Assembly (NCBI GenBank): GCA_035550055.1 | Contig: DASZRO010000080.1 | Span: 8,937 to 72,936, forward strand | Length of the DNA stretch: 64,000 nt | Origin: Mycobacteriales bacterium | Lineage (GTDB): Bacteria > Actinomycetota > Actinomycetes > JAFAQI01 | Reading direction: 5' to 3' | Shown here: piece after piece, positions 8,627 to 17,910 of the stretch | How the letters are laid out: every line of letters starts with the position of its first letter | Position numbering within the stretch: the first letter of the stretch is position 1 | The notes under the pieces: generated by a model | The model's database searches: none | What the model saw: the letters and a program-made list of their open reading frames with translations, nothing else | Told to the model about the DNA's origin: nothing | Program-made: the position numbers and the translations under genes

Positions 8627-10173
8627 TGAGCCCGAGCTCGACCTTGGAAGTAGAGGCGAAGTTCCGCGTCCATCCGCCATTCGAGATGCCTGACCTGCTC
8701 GACCCGCGTACCGGAGCAGCCGCGCTCGACGAGCCGGACCGCCACGAGCTCCGCGCGGTGTACTGGGACACCGCCGACCTGCGGCTCGCCCGCGAAGGCA
8801 TCACGTTGCGACACCGCGACGGCGAAGGTCCGAGCAAGGACGGCTGGCACCTCAAGCTCCCGGTCGGCAACGTCCGTGCCGTGCCCGACGCCAGCGCGGT
8901 GAGCCGCGAGGAGGTCCGCGTCGAGGGTTCCGGCGAGTCGATCCCGGAGCAGCTGCGCGGCCTGGTCCTCCCGTGGTCGCGGACCGCGGTCCTCGGACCG
9001 GTCGCCACCCTCGTGACGGATCGCACCGCCTACCTGCTGCGCGACGCCACTGGCGGTCCGCTCGTCGAGCTGACCGACGACCTGGTGTCGGTCGTCAACT
9101 CCGGCCACGTGGCCGGCCGGTTCCGCGAGATCGAGGTCGAGGACCGGGGCGGCGGCGAGCCTGCGATCGAAGCCGTCGGCAACCTGCTGCGCGCGAGTGG
9201 GGCGGTCGGCGGCGAGTTCGTCCCGAAGGTGGTCCGGGCGCTCGGCCCGCAAGCCAGCGCCGAGCCGGACCCGCCGATGCCCGGCAAGGTCGGCCTCGAC
9301 GAGCCCGCGCGGTGCGCGGTGCGCGACATGCTGCGCCGCGACGTACGCCGGCTCATCGCGCTCGACACCGGCGTACGGCGTGACGCCGAGGACGCAGCTC
9401 ATCAGATGCGCGTGACCGCACGTCGGCTGCGAAGCATCCTCAAGACGTTCAAGCCGCTGCTCGACCCGGGATGGGCCGGATCGCTACGCGACGAGCTCGC
9501 CTGGCTCGCCGACTCGCTGAGCACCACGCGGGACAACGAGGTGCTGCTGGAGCGGCTGATGCGCGAGGTGGACGCGCTGCCGGAGGACCTCGTCGTCGGT
9601 CCCGTCCGGGCACGCCTCGAGCAGGTGCTCCGGGGCAACCTCGCTGCCGGCCGCGCCGACATCGAGCAAACCCTGTCGAGTGAGCGCTACGTCGTGCTGC
9701 TCGAGCGCCTCGTCGACGCCGGGTGGGAGCCGTTCACCTCGCCGGCCGGCGAGCGCCCGACCGGCAAGGCGATCCCGCGGCTGATCCGCGCCTGCTGGAA
9801 CGACGTCAGCGACGCAGTGAAACGGCTCGACGCCACGGCCGACGCCGGGGCCTGGCACAAGGTCCGGATCGACGCGAAGCGGCTACGCTACTCGTGCGAA
9901 GCGGCGACGCCGATGTTCGGCCGCCCGGCGCAGCGGTTGGCCAAGATGGCCGCCGGGCTACAGGACAGTCTGGGCGAGAACCAGGACGCGGCGGTCGCCT
10001 CGGAGCTGTTGCGGTCGCTCGCGACAGCGCGGGGCGGCACGACCATCGCGTTCACGCTGGGTCTGCTGCACGCTCGGCAGAGCGACGCGGGCGCGGCGGC
10101 TCGCAAGGAGTTCGCGAAGCAGTGGAAGGCCGTCGCCAGAGCAGACTGCCTGGCCTGGCTGGCAGGCAGCTGA
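8626..10173 (+). CDS. CYTH and CHAD domain-containing protein
   Basis: GTG overlaps the ppk TAG by 1 nt (TAGTG). CYTH ExExK motif (LEVEAKF). CHAD helices include HQMRVTARRLRSILKTF and HKVRIDAKRLRY. Confidence 0.85.
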   Translation: MSPSSTLEVEAKFRVHPPFEMPDLLDPRTGAAALDEPDRHELRAVYWDTADLRLAREGITLRHRDGEGPSKDGWHLKLPVGNVRAVPDASAVSREEVRVEGSGESIPEQLRGLVLPWSRTAVLGPVATLVTDRTAYLLRDATGGPLVELTDDLVSVVNSGHVAGRFREIEVEDRGGGEPAIEAVGNLLRASGAVGGEFVPKVVRALGPQASAEPDPPMPGKVGLDEPARCAVRDMLRRDVRRLIALDTGVRRDAEDAAHQMRVTARRLRSILKTFKPLLDPGWAGSLRDELAWLADSLSTTRDNEVLLERLMREVDALPEDLVVGPVRARLEQVLRGNLAAGRADIEQTLSSERYVVLLERLVDAGWEPFTSPAGERPTGKAIPRLIRACWNDVSDAVKRLDATADAGAWHKVRIDAKRLRYSCEAATPMFGRPAQRLAKMAAGLQDSLGENQDAAVASELLRSLATARGGTTIAFTLGLLHARQSDAGAAARKEFAKQWKAVARADCLAWLAGS

Positions 10174-10211
10174 GGGCAGGCCGGCCCGACGTCAGGCAAG
10201 ATGGACACCTC

Positions 10212-11114
10212 ATGTCGCCCGAGAAAGTCATCGAGGCCGCCGGCGGCGTGCTGTGGCGGCCTGCCGCGGGCGGTTCCGGCATCGAGGTGGCGCTGGTCCA
10301 CCGGCCGAAGTACGACGACTGGTCGATCCCGAAAGGCAAGCTGAACGCCGGCGAACATCCCGTGCTCGGCGCGATCCGGGAGGTGCAGGAGGAGACCGGC
10401 CACGTCGGTGCGCCGGGCCGGCCGCTCGGCGAGATCCACTACCTCAAGGACGGCTCCCCGAAGCGGGTCCGCTACTGGGCGATGCGGGTGACCGGCGGCG
10501 AGTTCGTCCCCAACGACGAGGTCGACCAGCTCATGTGGCTGCCGCCGCGAGAGGCGCAACGCCACCTGCTCCCGGACCGGGACCAGAGAGTCGTCCAAGG
10601 CGTGACGCAGGCGTCCGTGTCGACCTGGCCGTGCCTGATCGTGCGGCACGCCAGCGCCGGCGAGCGCAGCAGCTGGGCCGGCAACGACCGCGAGCGACCA
10701 CTCGACGCGCTCGGTGACGACCAGGCGGAGGCGCTCGTGCCGCTGCTGGCCGCCTACGACATCCGCCGGGTGATGTCCGCCGACGTGCTGCGATGCCTCG
10801 AGACCATCGGACCGTACGCTGCGGTCGCCCGGCTCACGGTCGAGAGCGAGCCGCTGCTGTCCGAGGCCGGCTACGACCAGCAGCCCGACCTGGCCGCCGA
10901 ACGGCTCGTCGAGCTGCTCGGGACGCACGTCGCGTCGGTCGTGTGCACGCAGCGCAAGACCATCCCCGGTCTGGTGCAAGCCACCTGCACGGCGCTCGGC
11001 GCCAAGCCTCCTGAGGACCCGAGCCTGCGCAAAGCGGGGCTGTTCGCGGTCCACCTGCAGGCTGCTCCCACGCTGCGAATCGCCGCGATCGAGCGTTTCG
11101 ACCCCGTCGTCTGA
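10212..11114 (+). CDS. mutT1: Nudix hydrolase fused to histidine-phosphatase (SixA-like) domain, MutT1-like
   Basis: Nudix box GKLNAGEHPVLGAIREVQEETG. The C-terminal half begins LIVRHASAGER (RHG-type phosphatase motif). The architecture matches M. tuberculosis MutT1 as I recall it. Confidence 0.8.
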   Translation: MSPEKVIEAAGGVLWRPAAGGSGIEVALVHRPKYDDWSIPKGKLNAGEHPVLGAIREVQEETGHVGAPGRPLGEIHYLKDGSPKRVRYWAMRVTGGEFVPNDEVDQLMWLPPREAQRHLLPDRDQRVVQGVTQASVSTWPCLIVRHASAGERSSWAGNDRERPLDALGDDQAEALVPLLAAYDIRRVMSADVLRCLETIGPYAAVARLTVESEPLLSEAGYDQQPDLAAERLVELLGTHVASVVCTQRKTIPGLVQATCTALGAKPPEDPSLRKAGLFAVHLQAAPTLRIAAIERFDPVV

Positions 11115-11241
11115 CTCCAGCCGCGGCACCAGGCTGCCGAGCACTATCTAGAGGCGCGCGTCTCACAGGCACCATCCCTATGCTCCACCCACAAGCGCGC
11201 TCACGAGACACGACGACGAAAGCCGCCGGAGGACCCACGAC

Positions 11242-13650
11242 ATGCAGCGATGGACCATTGGCGCGCGGCTCGCGGTCGCCACGACGATCGTTGCGGCCAC
11301 CGGAGCGGCGATCACTCCCGGCCTTGCTCACGCCAGCGGTCCGGCGACCGGCGTCACCGTCTTCCTCAAGGCCCCCAACACCGCCGCCTTGCAGCGGCTG
11401 GCCGACGCCACCGGCCTGACGCACGCGCAGCGCGTCCGGGCGCTCACGGCGCTGCTGCCGACCGCGGCAGAGCGAGCGCAAGCGATCGCCGCGCTGCGTG
11501 ACGCGGGCCTGACCGTGACCGGCCAGAGCGCCTGGTCCGTGTCGGCTTCCGCCCCCAGCTCCGAAGTCACCGCCGCGTTCGGCGCCCACCCGATTGCCCA
11601 CGCCCATCCGACGGCCGCCGAGGAAGCCGCCGCAACCGGTCCATACCTGTCGATGCCGGCAGCGCTGCAGAACGTGGCAACGGCGGCCTTCCCGACAACT
11701 GCGGGCCCGGCGGCCTACCACCCCGCCGACGACTCGTGCGACAACTGCCTCGGCGGCGCCGACTTCCGCAACGCCTACACCGCCCCTGATGTCACTCCGA
11801 GCAGCGGGCTGGACAGCGCCGCGACGCTGACGATCGCGACCATCCAGCTGGCCGGCTGGAACCCGGGCGACCTGACGAACTGGGCCAACACTCCGGGCAA
11901 CGTCGTGGGCCCGACGTACAACGCTGCGCAGGACCTGACGATGGTTCCGGTCGACCAGGCGAGCGTGCCGACCCCGCAGAAGGGCGACACCTCGGACGAA
12001 GAGGTGGACCTGGACCAGGAGGCGCTGTACGGAACCGACCCCTACGCCCACCAGCGCCCGTACTTCGCGCCGAACACCAACGCCGGCATCGCGGACGCCT
12101 ACTCGCAGATCGTGGACGACGTCCTTCAGGACAACCACGCCTACCAGGGTGGCGACCCCCACATCGTCGCGGTGTCCAGCTCCTGGGGAATCTGCGAGGC
12201 CGACAACGGCATGCAGGACATCCGGGTGATGGAGCCGATCCTCGAGTCCGTCGTCGCCGCCGGCGTCACGGTCTTCAGCTCGAGCGGCGACAACGGGATC
12301 TACGACAGCTCGGCCGATCCGGACGAAGCCGACTGCAACGGGCTCACCGCGAACGTCAACTACCCGGCGTCGTCACCGGCGGTGGTGGCCGTCGGCGGGA
12401 CCAACCTGCTTCCGGTGGGCACGAGCTCGCCGAACGTCGGCAACAACTGGGCCGAACAGGCCTGGACGTGCACCAGCAAGGCGTCCTGCGCATTCGGCGA
12501 CGGCAGCGGCGGCGGCGTCTCTGATGTGTTCACCAAGCCGGCCTACCAGAACAAGATCACCAACGCGCCGTTCGCATCCGTACGAATGCGCATGGTTCCC
12601 GACATCAGCGCCGACGCCGATCCGGCAACCGGGTTCCGGATCTACACCACCGACCCGACGGACACCGCCAACAACGGTCCCAACTACTTCCAGTTCGGTG
12701 GCACGAGCCTAGCCTCGCCCGCCTCCGCCGCACTGTTCACCGACATGCTGGCCGCGCATGGCTCGACGAGCGGCATCGGCGACATCCACCAGGGTCTCTA
12801 CAACGCCTACGCCGCGAACGTCGGCGCCTTCCGCGACATCACGCAGGGCTCGAACGGCGCGACCGCGGACGCCGGTGCCGACCCGTCGGTCAACGCGGGC
12901 GTCGGGTACGACACCGTCACCGGGCTGGGATCGCCGTTGTGGTCGGCCGTGTCCTCCTACGTGTTCGCGGCCCGGCCGGTCCTGCCGCCGACGTCGGTCG
13001 GCAGCCTGTCCCTCACCCACCCGACGAGCGCCTCCCAGCCGAACCAGGTGACCGCCACCTGGACGAGCACGAAGTCGGCAAGCGGGATCGCTTTGGCCGG
13101 CGCCGCCGTCACGATCCACCGCGACGGACAGTCGCAGCCGGTCTACACGAACCCGACCGCACCGGCGAACGGCAGCTTCGCGTTCACCGGGGTGCCGGGC
13201 GCGACGTACCAGATCTCGGTCATCTCCTCGGACGTCACCGGCGCGAAGTCGAAGGAAGCCGACTCGTCGCTGTCGGTGCCGATCGACGACACCGCGTTCA
13301 AGCTCAGCGGCAGCTGGCGCCGCGTGCGCTCCGACGACACGTACGCGGGAAGCATGGTCACCAGCGCGCACAAGAGCTCGTACGCGACAGCGACCGCGGC
13401 CGGCGCGACGTACGGCCTGATCGTGCCCGTGGGTCCGAGCTACGGCCTGCTGCGCGTCAGCTGGAACGGTTTCAACCTGCTGACGATCAACGAGTACGCA
13501 CGTACGCCGGGAACCAAGGTCGTCGACATCTTCGACAGCGGCCGGCGGCAGACGCGGACGTTCAAGTTCACCGTCCTCGACCGGACCGCTGTCGCGAGCC
13601 CATCGACGTCAGGCAACGTCGGCATCGACGGCCTCCTGGCGATCTACTAG
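11242..13650 (+). CDS. S53 sedolisin-family serine-carboxyl peptidase with propeptide and C-terminal extension
   Basis: Signal peptide (..PGLAHA) and a pro-kumamolisin-like N-terminal domain. Catalytic motifs DEEVDLDQE, SSSGDNG and GGTSLASP. About 250 aa of additional beta-rich C-terminal sequence. Confidence 0.85.
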   Translation: MQRWTIGARLAVATTIVAATGAAITPGLAHASGPATGVTVFLKAPNTAALQRLADATGLTHAQRVRALTALLPTAAERAQAIAALRDAGLTVTGQSAWSVSASAPSSEVTAAFGAHPIAHAHPTAAEEAAATGPYLSMPAALQNVATAAFPTTAGPAAYHPADDSCDNCLGGADFRNAYTAPDVTPSSGLDSAATLTIATIQLAGWNPGDLTNWANTPGNVVGPTYNAAQDLTMVPVDQASVPTPQKGDTSDEEVDLDQEALYGTDPYAHQRPYFAPNTNAGIADAYSQIVDDVLQDNHAYQGGDPHIVAVSSSWGICEADNGMQDIRVMEPILESVVAAGVTVFSSSGDNGIYDSSADPDEADCNGLTANVNYPASSPAVVAVGGTNLLPVGTSSPNVGNNWAEQAWTCTSKASCAFGDGSGGGVSDVFTKPAYQNKITNAPFASVRMRMVPDISADADPATGFRIYTTDPTDTANNGPNYFQFGGTSLASPASAALFTDMLAAHGSTSGIGDIHQGLYNAYAANVGAFRDITQGSNGATADAGADPSVNAGVGYDTVTGLGSPLWSAVSSYVFAARPVLPPTSVGSLSLTHPTSASQPNQVTATWTSTKSASGIALAGAAVTIHRDGQSQPVYTNPTAPANGSFAFTGVPGATYQISVISSDVTGAKSKEADSSLSVPIDDTAFKLSGSWRRVRSDDTYAGSMVTSAHKSSYATATAAGATYGLIVPVGPSYGLLRVSWNGFNLLTINEYARTPGTKVVDIFDSGRRQTRTFKFTVLDRTAVASPSTSGNVGIDGLLAIY

Positions 13651-13660
13651 ACCGCTCGGG

Positions 13661-14023
13661 TCAGGCGGCGCTCCTGGCCGCCTCGGCGACGATCCGCAGC
13701 AGGTACGGGACCTGGAACGGCTTCTGCATGATCGCGAACGCGTTGTTCTCGCGCGCCTGGCTGAGCTGCTCCTCCAAGGCGTAGCCGGTCATCAGCACGA
13801 TCTGCGGCGGCGGGTGGTCGAGCGAGGCGAGCACCTCCACCCCGGTCATCGCAGGCATCCGGATGTCCATGATGATGACGTCGTAGGGCTCGCTGCGGGC
13901 CAGCTCGAGCGCGGCCGCGCCGTCCTCGGCCGGCGTGACGACATAGCCGGCCGTCGTGAGGATGTCGACGAGCGTCTCGCGCATGCCGGCCTCGTCGTCG
14001 ACGACCAAGACCGACGTGGTCAT
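13661..14023 (-). CDS. single-domain response regulator (CheY-like receiver)
   Basis: Motifs VLVVDDE, DVIIMDIRMPAMTG and QKPF. There is no output domain. The ATG overlaps the kinase stop (ATGA). Confidence 0.85.
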   Translation of the reverse strand: MTTSVLVVDDEAGMRETLVDILTTAGYVVTPAEDGAAALELARSEPYDVIIMDIRMPAMTGVEVLASLDHPPPQIVLMTGYALEEQLSQARENNAFAIMQKPFQVPYLLRIVAEAARSAA

Positions 14024-15615
14024 GTCACCCCCTCCGCCTCGACCGCGGGGAGCTCCACGGTGAACGTCGTACCCCGCCCGGCGGCACTGACAATCGTGAT
14101 CGTGCCGTGATGAGTGTCGACGATTCGCTTGGTCACCGACAAGCCCAGCCCGATTCCCCGGGCCTTCTGGGTGAAGAACGGCTCGAAGATCTGCTGGCGA
14201 ACCTCGTCGTCCATCCCCATTCCGGTGTCGGCGACGGAGATCCGAACCCGGCCTTCGGTCGCTGATGTGCTGATCGTGACCTCTCCCCCGTCAGGCATCG
14301 CTTCATAGGCGTTGGACAGCAGGTTGAGCAGGACCTGCCGGAGCTGGTCGCGGTCGGCGGGCACCATCGGGAGGTCCGCGGCGTCGTCGCGGTGGACCGT
14401 GACCTCCGGCGGCGCCGGCATCACCGACTGCACTTCGTCGATCAGGTCGGGGAGGTCGACCGGCGCGGTGACGGGTGCTCTGGCTCGCGCGTAGTCGAGC
14501 AGATCCGAGACGATCAGCGTGGCGGCGCCGACCTCTCGCTCGGCGGTGTTGAGGTGCCGCAGCGCGTCGGCGGTGCCGTCGGGGCGCTCGACCGCCGACC
14601 GCAGCAGATAGTGCGCGTTGGTGATCACCCCGAGCGGGTTGCGCAGCTCGTGCCCGATCGCTGACGCGAGCTGGCCGATCGCGGCGAGCCGTGTCGCTTG
14701 CACCAGCTTGCCTTGCGCCTCCTCGAGCTCACGCACCGATGCCTGCAGCTCCTCGGTCCGCTCCGCGACCAGCGCCATGGCGTAGTCGCGACGGCGCAGC
14801 AGCGTCTCGACGAGGAACCCGAGCAGCACGGTCAACAGCGCCCCGACGCCGAAGACGAGCAGATAGTCGTTCGCCGCCAGCGAGCCGGTGAGCGAGCTCG
14901 TCGCGCGCGTGGCCACCAGCCAGGTGTCCGCACCGAACGGGGCCGTTGCGGTCGCGACGTCGTCGCCGGTGGGCGGCGCGCCGTTGGTGCTCAGGATCAA
15001 CGCGTCGGGATCACGGGTCGGCTCGCCGTACAACGCGACGTTCAGCTCGTGGAACGGCGCGCTCGTCGTCGTCGCCGACGCCGCCGCCTCCAGATCCAGC
15101 GGCAGCTGCTCGTAGACCACGAGGCCGTGGACCCCGACGGCGTGCGCGAGACCGAGCACCCGATGAACCCCTTCGCCGAGCACGACGGAGGTCGCACCCG
15201 CCGTTCCGGCCTCCTCGGTACGCCGCATCAGCGCGGCGAGGGGTGCGGCGGGCACCTGGTCGAACGACCCGGTCGTCGCGAGGTAGTGGACCTGCTCGGC
15301 CGGCCCGCTGACCCGCGCCAGCGCGGTGGTCGTGGTGAACCCCCCGGAAGCGGGGGCCAGCGCGTTCGACGCGCTGCGGAAAGCTGCCCGATCCGCGCCG
15401 TTGAGCGCCGTCTCGGCCGCGACCGTCGAGATCTGGGTCTGCAGCCCGGCGAAGTCAGAGGTGAGGATCAGCGCGATCTCGGAGGCACGCTCGGCGAGCA
15501 ACCGGTGCTCTTCGTTGCGATTGGCGCGATGGGCGGCCCACGTCGTACCGCCGGTGGCCGCGATCAGCGTCGCGACGACGGCAAGGGTGGGCAGGCGGAC
15601 ACCGCGCACCGTCAC
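14020..15615 (-). CDS. sensor histidine kinase with two TM helices and about 270-aa extracytoplasmic region
   Basis: H-box HELRNPL. ATPase boxes LLNLLSNAYEA, DTGMGM and GIGLGL. Start is GTG at 15615 or 15609, the latter 6 nt after GGAG. Confidence 0.85.
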   Translation of the reverse strand: MTVRGVRLPTLAVVATLIAATGGTTWAAHRANRNEEHRLLAERASEIALILTSDFAGLQTQISTVAAETALNGADRAAFRSASNALAPASGGFTTTTALARVSGPAEQVHYLATTGSFDQVPAAPLAALMRRTEEAGTAGATSVVLGEGVHRVLGLAHAVGVHGLVVYEQLPLDLEAAASATTTSAPFHELNVALYGEPTRDPDALILSTNGAPPTGDDVATATAPFGADTWLVATRATSSLTGSLAANDYLLVFGVGALLTVLLGFLVETLLRRRDYAMALVAERTEELQASVRELEEAQGKLVQATRLAAIGQLASAIGHELRNPLGVITNAHYLLRSAVERPDGTADALRHLNTAEREVGAATLIVSDLLDYARARAPVTAPVDLPDLIDEVQSVMPAPPEVTVHRDDAADLPMVPADRDQLRQVLLNLLSNAYEAMPDGGEVTISTSATEGRVRISVADTGMGMDDEVRQQIFEPFFTQKARGIGLGLSVTKRIVDTHHGTITIVSAAGRGTTFTVELPAVEAEGVT

Positions 15616-15669
15616 CTCCGGCTCGATCGAAGTAGGACACAACGTAGCCAACGATGCATCCTTGATGAG

Positions 15670-17391
15670 ATGAACGAGGACGTCGGCACCCGCGGGGTGC
15701 AGGTCCTGGTGGTCGACGACGACCAGGCGATGGCCGGAACCATCGTCGAGATCCTGACCACCCGGGGCCTCAGCGCCGTAGGTGTGACCAGCGCCGGCGC
15801 CGCGATCGTGCGGGAACGGGAGCTGCACCCATCGGTCGTGATCTGCGACCAGCGGCTGCCGGACATGACCGGACTCGAGCTGTGCGCGGCGATTCGAGCC
15901 TTCGACGCCGACGTCTCACTGATCATGCTGACCGGCTACGCGTCGCTGGACACCGCGATCGCGGCGGTCGGCCAGATTGACCAGTACCTGACCAAACCGG
16001 TCCCGGTCGAGGCCCTGGTGGAGTCCGTGCAGGCAGGCGTCGCGCGCACCGATCAGCGGGTGCGCGAGCGCATCGCGGCGGAGGAGATGCGCATCCAGCT
16101 CGAGACCGAGCTGCGCCGCCAGGCCTCGCACGACGCGCTGACGGGCCTGGCGAACCGGTCGCTGTTCGCCGAGCGCGCCCAGCACGCCCTCGAACGACGC
16201 TCGCTGACCGAGCTGGTCGTCTGCTTCTTCGACCTCGACGACTTCAAGGACGTCAACGACAGTTTCGGGCACGGCGCGGGCGACGAGCTGCTGCGGGTCA
16301 TCGGCGGCCGGCTGCGCGACTGCGTGCGCCCGGCGGACACGGTCGCTCGCTTCGGCGGCGACGAGTTCGCGGTCCTGCTCGAGGACACTCAGCTCACCGA
16401 GGCACTCGACGTCGTCGATCGCCTGTACGCCGCGGTCAGCTACCCGCTGCGGCTCGGCGACGAGGAGGTGCTGGTCCATCTCAGCGTCGGGATGACGACG
16501 CTCGGCGGGCGCAGCGTCACGTCGGAGGAGCTGCTCGCCGAGGCGGACGCGGCGATGTACGCCGCCAAGGCTCGCGGCAAGAACCGCTACGAGATCTTCG
16601 AGCCGTCGATGCGTACGGCGAGCGAGCTCCGTTCCCAGCTACGGGTCGAGCTCGGTGACGCCCTCGCCAACCACGAGTTCGTCCTGTACTACCAGCCGCT
16701 GGTCGACTTCGTCTCCGGGGAGTGGAAAGGGATCGAGGCGCTGGCCCGCTGGCCGCATCCCGACCACGGCCTGCTCGAGCCGGCGGACTTCGTCGACATC
16801 GCGGAAGCCAAGGGCCTGATCGTCGAGCTCGACCGCTGGGCGCTCTCCGCAGCATGCGCGGCGATCGCGCGAGCGCCGGAGCTCACGGTCACCGTCAACG
16901 TGTCCGGGCGAAGCGTGCGCAACCACGACTTCGGCGAGATGGTGCAGGCGGCCCTGCGCGACAGCGGTGTCGACGGCTCCCGACTGGTCATCGACATCGC
17001 GGACCTGGCTCGCGACCCGGAGCGCGCTCGCGCGCAGATCCGCTCCGTGCAGGCGCTCGGCGTCGCCGTGTCCCTCGACGAGTTCACCGGCGACATCCCG
17101 TCCTTGCGCCGGCTGCGCACGCTCGACCTGAGCTACCTCAAGATCGACCACCAACTGGTGTCGGACCTGATCAGCGGCAAGGGCGCCGCCACGATCGCGG
17201 GCGCCTTGATCGACATCGCGCACGAGCTGGGCATGCGTGCGGTCGCGATGGGCGTGGAGACCGAGGAGCAGAAGGCCATGCTCACCGCCCTCGACTGCGA
17301 CCTCGGTCAGGGCTACCTGTGGGCGCGCCCGGCGCCGATCGAGGAACTCGCGACGCACCTTGCCGTGCATCGCGGTGCGGTCAGCCGCTGA
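15670..17391 (+). CDS. response regulator with GGDEF and (apparently degenerate) EAL domains
   Basis: ATG at 15670. REC domain (VLVVDDD, CDQRLPDMTG). GGDEF with I-site (RPAD..RFGGDEFAVLL). The EAL domain has EALARW, but its other motifs read IDIAD, DEFTGD and AMGVE. Confidence 0.85.
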   Translation: MNEDVGTRGVQVLVVDDDQAMAGTIVEILTTRGLSAVGVTSAGAAIVRERELHPSVVICDQRLPDMTGLELCAAIRAFDADVSLIMLTGYASLDTAIAAVGQIDQYLTKPVPVEALVESVQAGVARTDQRVRERIAAEEMRIQLETELRRQASHDALTGLANRSLFAERAQHALERRSLTELVVCFFDLDDFKDVNDSFGHGAGDELLRVIGGRLRDCVRPADTVARFGGDEFAVLLEDTQLTEALDVVDRLYAAVSYPLRLGDEEVLVHLSVGMTTLGGRSVTSEELLAEADAAMYAAKARGKNRYEIFEPSMRTASELRSQLRVELGDALANHEFVLYYQPLVDFVSGEWKGIEALARWPHPDHGLLEPADFVDIAEAKGLIVELDRWALSAACAAIARAPELTVTVNVSGRSVRNHDFGEMVQAALRDSGVDGSRLVIDIADLARDPERARAQIRSVQALGVAVSLDEFTGDIPSLRRLRTLDLSYLKIDHQLVSDLISGKGAATIAGALIDIAHELGMRAVAMGVETEEQKAMLTALDCDLGQGYLWARPAPIEELATHLAVHRGAVSR

Positions 17392-17397
17392 GCGTCG

Positions 17398-17910
17398 CTA
17401 CTCGGCGGCCTGGTTGGCCGCGGCGTAGCCGAACTGGAGCAGGTCGGCGCCGGCCCGAACCGCGAACACGCTCGCGACGAACCGGGTGAACCGAGGCGCC
17501 GCGGCGAGGCCGATGACGAAGCCCGACGCGATCCACTGGTCCATGCAGAACGGGCAGGTGATGAGCTCCCCGATGGCGTGACGCGCACCGCTTCCCGCCA
17601 CTTCTTCCTCGACCTCACCCGGGGATGCGGAGCCTTCGAAGCGGGCGAACGGCGCCCGGAACGGACTGGTCACGGCGTCCCGGCTGACGGTCCTGCTCAG
17701 CTTGTGGGTGGCCAGCGCCAGCAGGGCCAAGTCACCCGCCCCGAACCGGTCGGGCAGCTTGCGCTTGGCGTTCAGCCGCCAGATCGCCGCGCCCATCCCG
17801 GTGAGATAGACCGCGACCGCGCCGGCGTACCCGGCGAGCTCGGGCAGTGGCCGCCCGTACCTCGCCTCGGCCCGCACGCCGCGATCGAGTGCCTCAGCTG
17901 TCGTCGACAT
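17398..17910 (-). CDS. DUF1360-like membrane protein
   Basis: ATG at 17910 gives 170 aa. It has hydrophobic helices and a CPFCMDQW motif that I associate with DUF1360. Confidence 0.65.
   Translation of the reverse strand: MSTTAEALDRGVRAEARYGRPLPELAGYAGAVAVYLTGMGAAIWRLNAKRKLPDRFGAGDLALLALATHKLSRTVSRDAVTSPFRAPFARFEGSASPGEVEEEVAGSGARHAIGELITCPFCMDQWIASGFVIGLAAAPRFTRFVASVFAVRAGADLLQFGYAAANQAAE

Noticed and set aside
7190-8680. 496-aa minus-strand ORF. Similar long antisense ORFs occur at 6419-7150, 10834-12162, 20693-21643, 47956-49224, 52068-53861, 56484-58064 and elsewhere.
   Set aside because: All lie opposite genes with strong family signatures (ppk, S53, GH15, GH65, aceE). They have shadow-ORF composition and no motifs.
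14698-15669. 324-aa N-terminal extension of the REC-GGDEF-EAL track ORF.
   Set aside because: It is antisense to the histidine kinase gene. The receiver domain begins right after the ATG at 15670.
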